Assembly (NCBI GenBank): GCA_009840305.1
Contig: VXNY01000022.1
Coordinates: 14,042 to 78,041, forward strand
Direction: 5' to 3'
Source of the DNA: Gammaproteobacteria bacterium
Lineage (GTDB): Bacteria > Pseudomonadota > Gammaproteobacteria > Pseudomonadales > Azotimanducaceae
Length of the DNA: 64,000 nucleotides
The notes beneath the pieces were generated by a model. It did not search any database, was not told where the DNA came from, and saw only the letters and a program-made list of their open reading frames with translations. The position numbers were made by a program, and so were the translations under genes. Position 1 is the stretch's first letter. The number at the start of each line of letters is the position of its first letter. Shown here piece after piece: positions 9,267 through 20,505 of the stretch.

Positions 9267-10688
9267 CTACGAAAGGGATTTGACGACTTCTAGAGTACCC
9301 TTTTGAATTCGCGTTGGCGTATCTGGTGGCGCATACTTCGCCGCATTCTTGGTAACCCAACGGAGCCGAACAAACTGCAGAATTGCAGCAACGAATAGAC
9401 CGAACACTAACCCGTACCAAAAGCCAATCGCGCCGATGCCATTTAAGTTTCCGAAGCCAAAAGCTAATACGTAGCCAACGGGCATGCCCAGAGCCCAGTA
9501 AGAAATCGTCGCCAAAATCATGGGGACTGTCGTGTCTTTAAAGCCACGCAATGCCCCAACGGAAACCACTTGACTAGCGTCAAAGACTTGAAAGAGAGCA
9601 CACAAGAGTAATAGTTGCGCTGCTAGCGCGATGACCTCGGCATCCTCGCTGTACAGACTGACGATCTGGTGCCGAAGAGTTAGCAAAATCAGAGCTACCG
9701 CCAATGCGATCCCTAATCCGACCACAGATGCGACGCTGACTGTTCTTCGTACAACATGAAAACGAGCCGCACCCACATTCGTCCCGACCCTGATCGTTGA
9801 TGCCATACCAAGCGCGAGAGGAATCATGAATCCCAGACCTCCAATGCTCATCGCAATCTGGTGTGAGGCAGTCGCTTGCGCGCCTAACTTTCCAATCATG
9901 AGTCCAGCAAACGAAAAGAACGATACTTCAACAAATATCGTCAATCCAATCGGAAAACCTAATTTCGTCAGTTTGCCAATAACGCTAAGTTTTGGAGAGT
10001 CAAAGCGAGTAAATACACCCGAGTGTCTGATGCGTGTAATGAAAACCGCGATGACGATACAAAACAGTTGAAACCACATGATGCAGGCAGTTGCGACACC
10101 ACAACCAACACCTCCAAATCCAGAAAATTCTCCGATACCAAACACCAACGCATAGGTGAGTGGGATTTTTATTGTCAACGCCGAGATCAAAATGACCATG
10201 CTGGGTACAGTCATTCCCATGCCTTCGCAGAGATTTTTTAAAACAAAATAACCTAGTAGTGCAGGTATCCCAAAACTCACCGCGCGAAGGTAGTCGACCG
10301 AGATGGGTATTGCTTGTTCATCAACCCCTATGAATCGGTAGAGTGGTTCCACGTTATGTAGGACTATGATGATCACTATCGCAAGAAACAGCGCGAGCCA
10401 AAGTGCTTGCCGTACCACAAAACCAGTTTCCGCGACTCGGCGCGCCCCGTTTAATTGCGCGACGGTTGGTGTAACTGCCATCAGAGTACCGGTTAATAAC
10501 AACATGATCGGCCAAAACAGACTGGTTGCGAGACCTACGCCTGCTTGATCCACATAGCCATAACGTCCGGTAACCACTACGTCGACCACAGTCATCCCCA
10601 TCTGCGATACTTGGGTCACGATAAGTGGTGCGGTGAGTGTCCCTAGTTGACGAAATTCCCGCATATAGCTGACTGGAACGAAACTCAT
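9267..10688 (-). CDS. MATE-family multidrug/Na+ efflux transporter (NorM-like)
   Basis: 473 aa and hydrophobic throughout, with about 12 helices by eye. The N-terminal TAPLIVTQVSQMGMTVVDVVVTGRYG fits the MATE signature region. Confidence 0.85.
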   Translation of the reverse strand: MSFVPVSYMREFRQLGTLTAPLIVTQVSQMGMTVVDVVVTGRYGYVDQAGVGLATSLFWPIMLLLTGTLMAVTPTVAQLNGARRVAETGFVVRQALWLALFLAIVIIIVLHNVEPLYRFIGVDEQAIPISVDYLRAVSFGIPALLGYFVLKNLCEGMGMTVPSMVILISALTIKIPLTYALVFGIGEFSGFGGVGCGVATACIMWFQLFCIVIAVFITRIRHSGVFTRFDSPKLSVIGKLTKLGFPIGLTIFVEVSFFSFAGLMIGKLGAQATASHQIAMSIGGLGFMIPLALGMASTIRVGTNVGAARFHVVRRTVSVASVVGLGIALAVALILLTLRHQIVSLYSEDAEVIALAAQLLLLCALFQVFDASQVVSVGALRGFKDTTVPMILATISYWALGMPVGYVLAFGFGNLNGIGAIGFWYGLVFGLFVAAILQFVRLRWVTKNAAKYAPPDTPTRIQKGTLEVVKSLS

Positions 10689-11286
10689 GATGTTCTTAAG
10701 TTAATCTCAATCGCAGTGTTTTTTACATTGGATGCTTTCCACAACCGGGAGGCAATGACTCTGAAGTCTGCAACACCAAACTCTCATCTCTGACACGATA
10801 CCACCCCCGACAGCGAATCAACTAGAAAAAAACAATCAGTGACCTTCATAGTACGAGACACGATTCAGAGAACATCGATTGTTTAGCGACAGGCGTACTC
10901 GTTGGTGCAAACAACGAATCACTAGCTGTGGATAGAGCGCGTAGTCTCGAACGAATCAAACACACGTAATCGGATTCGAAATTCGTTCGATTCGACCAGG
11001 GTAAATCACGTCCACATCAAAGACATAGTTTGATGTAGAACCGAATTGTAGATATGAAGATGTTGTTTCCGAGGTTGGTTTGTCCTGAACACTGCTTAAA
11101 AGTTTCTGCAAATCGCTAAAGATCGGCAATTCACTATCGCGACCGAACTGTTACAACAGTGTTAAATAAGAGTCAAAGTGTGCGTTGAGCGTTCGTCGAG
11201 AAATTAAAAATTCTGTGAAGGAATGACACTCTTCTCGACCACACTAAATCAGGTTAAGAGCTACTGAAGGAGTGCTCTTTCCTATC

Positions 11287-11292
11287 TATAAT
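11287..11292 (+). promoter_or_regulatory. consensus -10 hexamer TATAAT upstream of katG
   Basis: ctatcTATAATcttt lies 48 nt upstream of the katG ATG. Only a weak -35 (ctgaag) sits at 17-nt spacing, so the promoter assignment is tentative. Confidence 0.3.
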
Positions 11293-11321
11293 CTTTGCGC
11301 TATTTTTTTATGTTGAAATAA

Positions 11322-13532
<2,211 letters not shown>

Positions 13533-13544
13533 ATAGAAAAATGC

Positions 13545-13579
13545 CAAGGGCGGTCCTAGCTTTCTGTCGAACGCCCTTG
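13545..13579 (+). terminator. hairpin downstream of katG (CAAGGGCG ... CGCCCTTG), possible terminator
   Basis: 8-bp perfect stem with a 19-nt loop, 13 nt after the katG stop. No U-tract follows, so it is weak as an intrinsic terminator. Confidence 0.3.
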
Positions 13580-13769
13580 ATCAGATGAGCCGACTGCGTT
13601 GCACTAGCATTCATTGATGTAGTACACCGACGCTAACGAGAAGTATCACTGGCTGTGAGATTATTTGTGCTACCAAGTATTACGTGTCTTTCATCGGCAC
13701 ACACTCACCTCAGCGGAGTTCTTGTTTCAATTGCGGAAGAATGCACACACTTGCTAGAGTTCGCCAGCC

Positions 13770-14441
13770 GTGTTTGATATCTTGTTCACCGATTCAGAGT
13801 GTCTAGCGATCGATAAACCGAGCGGAATAAGCGTCCTTCGAGATCGAAGCGGTCAAGAGAATCTGTATGCACTGTTGCGAGAACACTATCCCGATGCAAA
13901 GTTAGTACACCGACTTGACAAAGGTACGAGTGGTGTCCTCCTACTGGCAAAAACTGACAACTTTAGGAAGAGCGCTTCTAAACTATTCGAAACTAGACAG
14001 GTCGTCAAGTTCTACGTAGCGGTGGTTAGTGGGAGATTCCCCATAGGAAAGACCTACACGATCAACTTACCATTACGTCGAGGTCGAAAAAGTCGTTTTC
14101 GAGTTGCAGGACTGCGATCCGACATACAAGCATCACCGCACGGATGGACGATAAATTCTCAGGACGGACTAGTAAGCATTACCCAAGTGCGCGCTTTAGA
14201 GCACGGACCGCGACGGAGCTTATTGTTACTCAAACCACAAACAGGTCGTACCCATCAATTACGCGTACATCTTGCTTGGATCGGTCATCCGATTGTCGGC
14301 GACTCGCTCTATGGCTCGCCTAATTCTGCTTCTCAGTCGAACTCTAGATTGATGCTACACAGTCACCGGTTAATCCTGTCTTCAGGATACAACTTTACCA
14401 GCGCAATCCCTCCTAGCTTTACTGAAGTACTGCGAGACTAA
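13770..14441 (+). CDS. RluA-family pseudouridine synthase
   Basis: 223 aa. The catalytic motif HRLDKGTSGVLLLAK and the C-terminal GRTHQLRVH motif are present. GTG start. Confidence 0.8.
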   Translation: MFDILFTDSECLAIDKPSGISVLRDRSGQENLYALLREHYPDAKLVHRLDKGTSGVLLLAKTDNFRKSASKLFETRQVVKFYVAVVSGRFPIGKTYTINLPLRRGRKSRFRVAGLRSDIQASPHGWTINSQDGLVSITQVRALEHGPRRSLLLLKPQTGRTHQLRVHLAWIGHPIVGDSLYGSPNSASQSNSRLMLHSHRLILSSGYNFTSAIPPSFTEVLRD

Positions 14442-14447
14442 ATAGCT

Positions 14448-14885
14448 TCAGGTTGAACTTGCTTTTTGCTTGGTAAATTTGCGCGTGAGTGCGTAACCTG
14501 CACCCGCGAGAGTAATTGACCGGGTGAGCACTAAGGTCGCCACTGCTATCCCACCACTTAAAAATATTGACGAAAGTTGTGGACTACGTTGGCTTCCGTT
14601 CGCGGCGCGCGACACCGTGTGTTCGCAGTTGTTAGTCAGTGGGTTATACCGCCGTCTTGGGTACAACTTCGCGCCCCAGAGTGCTTCTTCACGAGTGAAC
14701 TCGTCACTTGGCTCAGCGTATACGTTGCGGTTCTTGCTGAATGCCGAAAAAGAAGATACATGCTCTCCTCGCCGCGGTGTGTTATGGTAAACAGATCCAT
14801 CATCCAACAATATTCCCTTGTGCATGACGAGACCTTTGCGTCGAGACAGGATATCTCCCGGTTTGAAGTCGGAGTTTTTATCCAT
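14448..14885 (-). CDS. LRAT/PLAAT-like (NlpC/P60 superfamily) protein with C-terminal transmembrane anchor
   Basis: 145 aa. It has PGDIL..., a His in VMHKGILLDDGSVYH, the hallmark NCEH motif (TNNCEHTV), and a hydrophobic tail IFLSGGIAVATLVLTRSITLAGAGYAL. Confidence 0.6.
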   Translation of the reverse strand: MDKNSDFKPGDILSRRKGLVMHKGILLDDGSVYHNTPRRGEHVSSFSAFSKNRNVYAEPSDEFTREEALWGAKLYPRRRYNPLTNNCEHTVSRAANGSQRSPQLSSIFLSGGIAVATLVLTRSITLAGAGYALTRKFTKQKASST

Positions 14886-14964
14886 TATGTGTCTGTGCCT
14901 ATAAATTCAATCCAATATAGATAGGTGTCCTGCTGTTCACAGAATCTATTGTATCATGCAAAAA

Positions 14965-15303
14965 CTATTCCGTTTGCTCTTCCGTTTCCTCTTCCTCTAA
15001 CGCTGCAAGCATGTGATCCACGGCATTTTCTAATTCTTCGTCGGAGCAATTTGTACAACTTCCCATTTTCGGCATTCCAGGCGGCATTCCAGCGCGGACG
15101 TTTTCGATGAGTGCCTCCCTACCTTTTAGCAAACGGTCTTCCCAATCTTTTTTCTTACCGAACACGGGGGAACCGACAAGCCCTCCTTGGTGGCAGTTAG
15201 TGCAGTATTTTTTGTAGATTGCTTCCCCTGAACGAGCTTCATCCACAACGGTGACTCCTTCAGTGGTCGTTGGCGCTCGACCACAAGATGGCAATAGAAG
15301 CAA
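14965..15303 (-). CDS. cytochrome c5-type monohaem c-type cytochrome (true start probably upstream, see findings)
   Basis: Haem motif CTNCHQ, the distal MPPGMPKMG Met region, and the second Cys pair CTNCSDEELENAV typical of cytochrome c5. The frame stays open upstream to a TAG at 15360..15358 and encodes the missing signal peptide. Confidence 0.75.
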   Translation of the reverse strand: MLLLPSCGRAPTTTEGVTVVDEARSGEAIYKKYCTNCHQGGLVGSPVFGKKKDWEDRLLKGREALIENVRAGMPPGMPKMGSCTNCSDEELENAVDHMLAALEEEETEEQTE

Positions 15304-15513
15304 GATTATTACAACTATTAAGAAATTAGTGAAACGAACGCGTATGGTCGTACCTCTCTAGGAATGATGAGTTAGCTATTGAAAGGTCCATATTGTAGAC
15401 CTACAAAATTTCGAGTGTTCCTTAAAATCCGGGAGACTGTTGGAGCTTTAAATTACCCTTCAAAGGTAAGGCTAAGACAACCAGCACAATTCGATTTTTC
15501 CTAAAGGAACAGA

Positions 15514-16875
15514 ATGCACGACTATCGAGTCGCCGACATTTCGTTAGCTGATTTCGGCAACCGCGAGATTGATCTCGCCGAACAGGAAATGCCTGCACTG
15601 CTCGCGTTACGACACAGGTACGCGGATCAGAAACCGCTGAAAGGTGCAAAGATAATCGGCTGCCTCCACATGACCGTACAAACTGCGGTTCTTATCAGGA
15701 CACTACGTGCTCTTGGTGCTGAAGTTCGGTGGTCGTCCTGTAATGTCTTCTCAACTCAAGACCACGCCGCGGCAGCAATGGCGATGGATGGAGTTCCAGT
15801 ATTTGCTTGGAAGGGTGAGACGGAAGCGGAATACGAATGGTGCATAGATCAGACTATCCTAGTTGACGGCAAACCATGGGATGCAAATTTACTCCTTGAT
15901 GATGGTGGCGACTTGACGCAGACCATTCACGCGAAATATCCTGAAGTACTTTCGCATGTTCATGGAGTCAGCGAAGAGACTACTACCGGAATCCGGCGAC
16001 TGTATGAGTTATTGGAGAGGCAGCAACTGCAGATTCCGGCCATCGATGTAAACGCCTCGGTTACGAAAGCAAAGAATGACAATCGCTACGGTTGTCGGCA
16101 CAGTCTAAGTGATGCGATTAAACGCGGCACCGACGTCTTGCTCAGTGGGAAGAAAGCACTTTGTATCGGCTATGGTGATGTCGGAAAGGGTTCCGCAGCT
16201 AGCTTAAGGCAGGAAGGCATGATCGTTCGAGTTGCGGAAATCGACCCGATATGCGGAATGCAAGCTTGTATGGACGGGTACGAAGTGGTTTCACCATATC
16301 TGAACGGCAAGAACACCGGCCAAGTCGAGGATGTCAATGCATCACTTCTGGGCGAAACCGATGTTTTAGTAACCTGCACCGGCAATGTTAGAGTCTGCGA
16401 TCCAGCTATGCTTCAAAGTTTGAAAGCGGGATGCATCGTTTGCAATATCGGACACTTTGACAATGAAATTGACACCGAATTTATGCGCAAGAGTTGGAAT
16501 TGGGTACGCGTAAAAGATCAGGTGCATCAGATATTCCGCAGCGAAGATCGTACGGACTATTTGATCCTTTTGTCAGAAGGAAGATTAGTCAATCTAGGTA
16601 ACGCAATGGGCCATCCTTCACGAGTGATGGACGGATCGTTTGCAAATCAGGTGCTCGCGCAAATGTACTTGTACCAACAATCGTGGGCTACTAAACCCAA
16701 ACGAGAACGAGAACCGGTGAACATCCAGGCTCTGCCCAAGAAACTTGACGAAGAAGTCGCCCGGCTCATGGTGGAAGGTTTTGGTGGTACGATCACTCAA
16801 CTTACTACAGAACAATCTGAGTACATTCAGGTCGCCCAAGAAGGCCCCTTTAAAGATGAACTTTATCGATACTAG
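15514..16875 (+). CDS. ahcY: adenosylhomocysteinase
   Basis: 453 aa. [33 protein letters not shown], the NAD-binding [10 protein letters not shown], and the C-terminal ...[10 protein letters not shown] are characteristic. Confidence 0.95.
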   Translation: MHDYRVADISLADFGNREIDLAEQEMPALLALRHRYADQKPLKGAKIIGCLHMTVQTAVLIRTLRALGAEVRWSSCNVFSTQDHAAAAMAMDGVPVFAWKGETEAEYEWCIDQTILVDGKPWDANLLLDDGGDLTQTIHAKYPEVLSHVHGVSEETTTGIRRLYELLERQQLQIPAIDVNASVTKAKNDNRYGCRHSLSDAIKRGTDVLLSGKKALCIGYGDVGKGSAASLRQEGMIVRVAEIDPICGMQACMDGYEVVSPYLNGKNTGQVEDVNASLLGETDVLVTCTGNVRVCDPAMLQSLKAGCIVCNIGHFDNEIDTEFMRKSWNWVRVKDQVHQIFRSEDRTDYLILLSEGRLVNLGNAMGHPSRVMDGSFANQVLAQMYLYQQSWATKPKREREPVNIQALPKKLDEEVARLMVEGFGGTITQLTTEQSEYIQVAQEGPFKDELYRY

Positions 16876-16942
16876 TAGATTCAAACGGTAAACTTTGAAC
16901 GTCATCAACATCGTCCCTTCACCATACTGCCAAATCGTCTAA

Positions 16943-18064
<1,122 letters not shown>

Positions 18065-18481
18065 AACAGATGTCGATCCTCATCAGCATACAGCGAATAC
18101 AAGGCGGATAATGTAATCGGTCAATTTCGAATCCTCGGTAGTCGAACCAAGCTGGGCGATATCAAATTGACAAGAATCTTGTAAGTAGTTGTGCGTATTG
18201 AAGCTTGCACTTCACTGGGAAAGTGATATTTGACGTTTGAATCGGTACTCACGCCAAGTAACTAGTTAAAATCGTAGTGTGTTGACCCGAGAAGAACACA
18301 AGCTGAATTTGCACGGCAATGTTGTGCTTAATCTGGTGATTTTTGTGACTTCTTGCTGTCACACAACAAGGGTATTCTGAATAAGTACCGATCTTACGAA
18401 GATAACACGGTTCTTGGATGAGTCCCTGTAGGTGTTGACTGACTGCAGTCAAGAATCTTTAACTGAAGGAGAAGTTTTCAA

Positions 18482-18970
18482 ATGAAGACCCAAAAATCGA
18501 TCATGATCACACTCGTCTCACTACTAACCATCGCGGGAGGAGCGCTAATCGCACAACAAGGAGGTATGCAAATGCCGCAAGGTGGTTTCCAGATGCCCTC
18601 CGAAGAAGAAATGGAAGCAATGATGAGGGAAGGGATGAAGATGATGTTGTCGCAAATTGACGATGACGGCGATGGCAAACTGTCCTTAGAGGAGTTCACA
18701 AAGCTGGCCGAAATGGAGGCTGGAATGGGCGTGGAAGGAGAAGAGGAACAAACTGAGGAAGAAAAAGCAAAGGAAATTAAAGAAGAATTCGAGAAAGCCG
18801 ATGCTGACGATGACGGTTTATTGACAATCGACGAAATCATGGATGCCGCGAAGAAAGCAATGGAAGAAGCCGAGGATGGCGAAGACTCTGAAGACGGCGA
18901 AGAAGAAGATTCTGAAACCGACGAGGAAGCCGACGATGAGGAAGATGAAGACGAAGAGGAGGAAGAGTAA
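18482..18970 (+). CDS. secreted acidic EF-hand calcium-binding protein
   Basis: Signal peptide MKTQKSIMITLVSLLTIAGGALIAQ. Two EF-hand loops are present (DDDGDGKLSLEE, DADDDGLLTIDE). The roughly 40-residue C-terminal tail is almost pure Asp/Glu. SD gaaggag precedes the ATG. Confidence 0.75.
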   Translation: MKTQKSIMITLVSLLTIAGGALIAQQGGMQMPQGGFQMPSEEEMEAMMREGMKMMLSQIDDDGDGKLSLEEFTKLAEMEAGMGVEGEEEQTEEEKAKEIKEEFEKADADDDGLLTIDEIMDAAKKAMEEAEDGEDSEDGEEEDSETDEEADDEEDEDEEEEE

Positions 18971-19096
18971 ACAGTCTTTCGTTTGATCGACGCATGGTCG
19001 CAAATCTATAGCAAACCTTTACTAAAGGATTTTGTCAAGCCCTTCGTAAAATAGTTTGAAAGCAAGTTTTTCAACTAACTTTTTGGGAACAACATT

Positions 19097-19666
19097 ATGA
19101 AGAGCAAACTATTGATTGCCATTTCGGCACTCTCTTTAATCTTTGCACTCCCGTTACTCGCTCAAGGTCAAGGTGGCGGGCAATGGAGAGGCGGCCAAGG
19201 CGGTAACTGGGACATGGAAGCAGCGAAACCACGCATGGTTGATCGCGCTATCGAAACCATGGACGCAGACGACGATGGTGAATTGTCAAAGGAAGAATTT
19301 TTAGAATTTGCCAAGAACGATCGGTACAGTGCTTGGTTTGCTGAAGACGACGCTGAAGACGAAGAAGAATCTGGCGACGAAGACGCAGAGGCTACTGAAG
19401 AAGAAGAAGAGGCTTCGGCAGACGAGGCTGAAGAAGGCGACGAAGAGAGCGAAGAAGACGCGCTCGTTAAATTCTACGATGCTAAGTTTGCAGAAGTCGA
19501 TGCCGACGACGACGGAAGTATCACCGCTGAAGAACTAACGGAAGCCTTTGACGTCGAAGCGTACATGGACCGAATTCAAGAACGAATGCGAGAAGGCGGT
19601 GGCAATTGGCAACGTGGTCAAGGTGGAGGCGGAAATTGGCAGCGACCAGGAGGCGGATCCCCGTAA
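19097..19666 (+). CDS. secreted acidic EF-hand calcium-binding protein with G/Q/W/N-rich termini
   Basis: Signal peptide MKSKLLIAISALSLIFALPLLAQ. EF-hand loops are DADDDGELSKEE and DADDDGSITAEE, with a central poly-acidic block. GGQWRGGQGGNW lies at the mature N-terminus and GGGNWQRGQGGGGNWQRPGGG at the C-terminus. Confidence 0.75.
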   Translation: MKSKLLIAISALSLIFALPLLAQGQGGGQWRGGQGGNWDMEAAKPRMVDRAIETMDADDDGELSKEEFLEFAKNDRYSAWFAEDDAEDEEESGDEDAEATEEEEEASADEAEEGDEESEEDALVKFYDAKFAEVDADDDGSITAEELTEAFDVEAYMDRIQERMREGGGNWQRGQGGGGNWQRPGGGSP

Positions 19667-19741
19667 TTTCTTCCGGCTAGTAAACTTAGTTCAACTAGCC
19701 TTTTTCAATTATCGCTTCGCTGAAGGTGCACCTTCGGCATT

Positions 19742-19774
19742 AAGAGGTGGAGCAAGTGCTTCGCCTCTTTTTTT
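19742..19774 (+). terminator. rho-independent terminator after the two EF-hand genes
   Basis: AAGAGGTGGAGCA-AG-TGCTTCGCCTCTT forms a long GC-containing hairpin with one G-U pair. It is followed directly by TTTTT. Confidence 0.7.
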
Positions 19775-19837
19775 GTTCCAGCGCAATCAAGCTCAATAAG
19801 AGTTCGTCGAACAGTCAGATGCGTGTGAACTAAACAT

Positions 19838-19927
19838 TGGCGGAGAGGGAGGGATTCGAACCCTCGATGGGTTTCTGCCCATACTCCCTTAGCAGGGGAG
19901 CGCCTTCAACCACTCGGCCACCTCTCC
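19838..19927 (-). tRNA. tRNA-Ser (anticodon GCU), type II with long variable arm, CCA encoded
   Basis: The reverse complement GGAGAGGTGGCCGAGTGGTTGAAGGCGCTCCCCTGCTAAGGGAGTATGGGCAGAAACCCATCGAGGGTTCGAATCCCTCCCTCTCCGCCA folds as a cloverleaf. The acceptor is GGAGAGG/CCTCTCC, the anticodon arm is CTCCC-CTGCTAA-GGGAG, and the T-arm is GAGGG-TTCGAAT-CCCTC. Confidence 0.92.
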
Positions 19928-19946
19928 AATGTTGTTGCGACCAATT

Positions 19947-20023
19947 TGGCGCGCCTGACAGGACTCGAACCTGTAGTCGCCAGTTTCGTAGACTGGTGCC
20001 TTATCCAGTTTGGCCACAGGCGC
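19947..20023 (-). tRNA. tRNA-Arg (anticodon ACG), CCA encoded
   Basis: The reverse complement is GCGCCTGTGGCCAAACTGGATAAGGCACCAGTCTACGAAACTGGCGACTACAGGTTCGAGTCCTGTCAGGCGCGCCA. The acceptor is GCGCCTG/CAGGCGC, the anticodon arm is CCAGT-CTACGAA-ACTGG, and the T-arm is ACAGG-TTCGAGT-CCTGT. Confidence 0.92.
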
Positions 20024-20093
20024 ATGGATTACTTGTAAGAGATAAGGCGAGACTAAGCTACCTCACGACAGCATACAAACCAAATACGAAGGA

Positions 20094-20264
20094 TCAGGCT
20101 TTCTGCTTTTGTTTCTTTTCTAAGATTTCTTTTCTGTGGACGATCACGTCACGAGGCGCGGCGATTCCTATTCGTACCTGATTCCCTCGTGTATCTAACA
20201 CCGTTACTTCAATCTTACCGTCGATTACTAATGTCTCATTGATGCGTCGCGTGAGGATAAGCAT
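20094..20264 (-). CDS. csrA: carbon storage regulator / translational repressor CsrA (RsmA)
   Basis: This 56-aa ORF is below the track cutoff: [56 protein letters not shown]. The ATG at 20264 is preceded by GGAGGAGG and the stop is TGA at 20096..20094. The lysC-csrA-tRNA-Ser-tRNA-Arg order is as in Pseudomonas. Confidence 0.92.
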   Translation of the reverse strand: MLILTRRINETLVIDGKIEVTVLDTRGNQVRIGIAAPRDVIVHRKEILEKKQKQKA

Positions 20265-20478
20265 CGCAACCTCCTCCGTGAATGGTACTCCGCTTCGTCT
20301 AGTTGCCCTTACCTAACTAGACGCCTCGCGTACATAATTTCCTTTTATCAACATTAAATTTTACTCGGAACGAAAACACCAAATCTCTTTGTTCGTCCAG
20401 CCCGTCAAGAACAGCGATGACAAGCGATTTTCCGCAAAGTAATAGAGTAGTTCCAAAATTCAAGATTTATTTGTTATC

Positions 20479-20494
20479 CTGTTATATTATACAG
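20479..20494. promoter_or_regulatory. perfect LexA (SOS) box CTGT-N8-ACAG between lysC and csrA
   Basis: The plus strand reads CTGTTATATTATACAG. On the minus strand (csrA direction) it reads aCTGTATAATATAACAGg and contains a consensus TATAAT. It lies 12 nt downstream of the lysC stop and about 215 nt upstream of the csrA ATG. Confidence 0.5.
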
Positions 20495-20505
20495 TATCCG
20501 ATAAT

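Noticed and set aside
11147-11160. Palindrome ACTGTT-AC-AACAGT upstream of katG as a LexA box
   Set aside because: It contains CTGT and ACAG, but they are separated by 4 nt rather than 8, so it does not fit the gammaproteobacterial SOS box. It is kept only as an unexplained palindrome within the long katG upstream region.
15304-15513. Possible SAH riboswitch in the 210-bp region upstream of ahcY, as found in many beta- and gammaproteobacteria
   Set aside because: The leader (..tccgggagactgttggagctttaaattacccttcaaaggtaaggctaagacaacc..) shows none of the GC-rich conserved segments I associate with the SAH element (e.g. AGGCUC and AACGGCGCUC-type strands). I could not draw the pseudoknotted hairpin. 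A covariance-model scan (Rfam RF01057) would settle it.
18478-19538. Antisense or alternate-frame ORFs (18478..18840, 18818..19003, 19308..19538) within the acidic EF-hand genes
   Set aside because: They are by-products of GAA/GAC-rich repeats, which read as Ser/Phe/Leu or Lys-rich on the other strand or frame. They have no signal, motif or RBS, whereas the sense frames carry signal peptides and EF-hand loops.
19837-20181. 114-aa plus-strand ORF in the track
   Set aside because: It runs antisense straight through the tRNA-Ser and tRNA-Arg genes and into the 3' end of csrA. Its sequence is explained by those genes and it has no ribosome-binding site.
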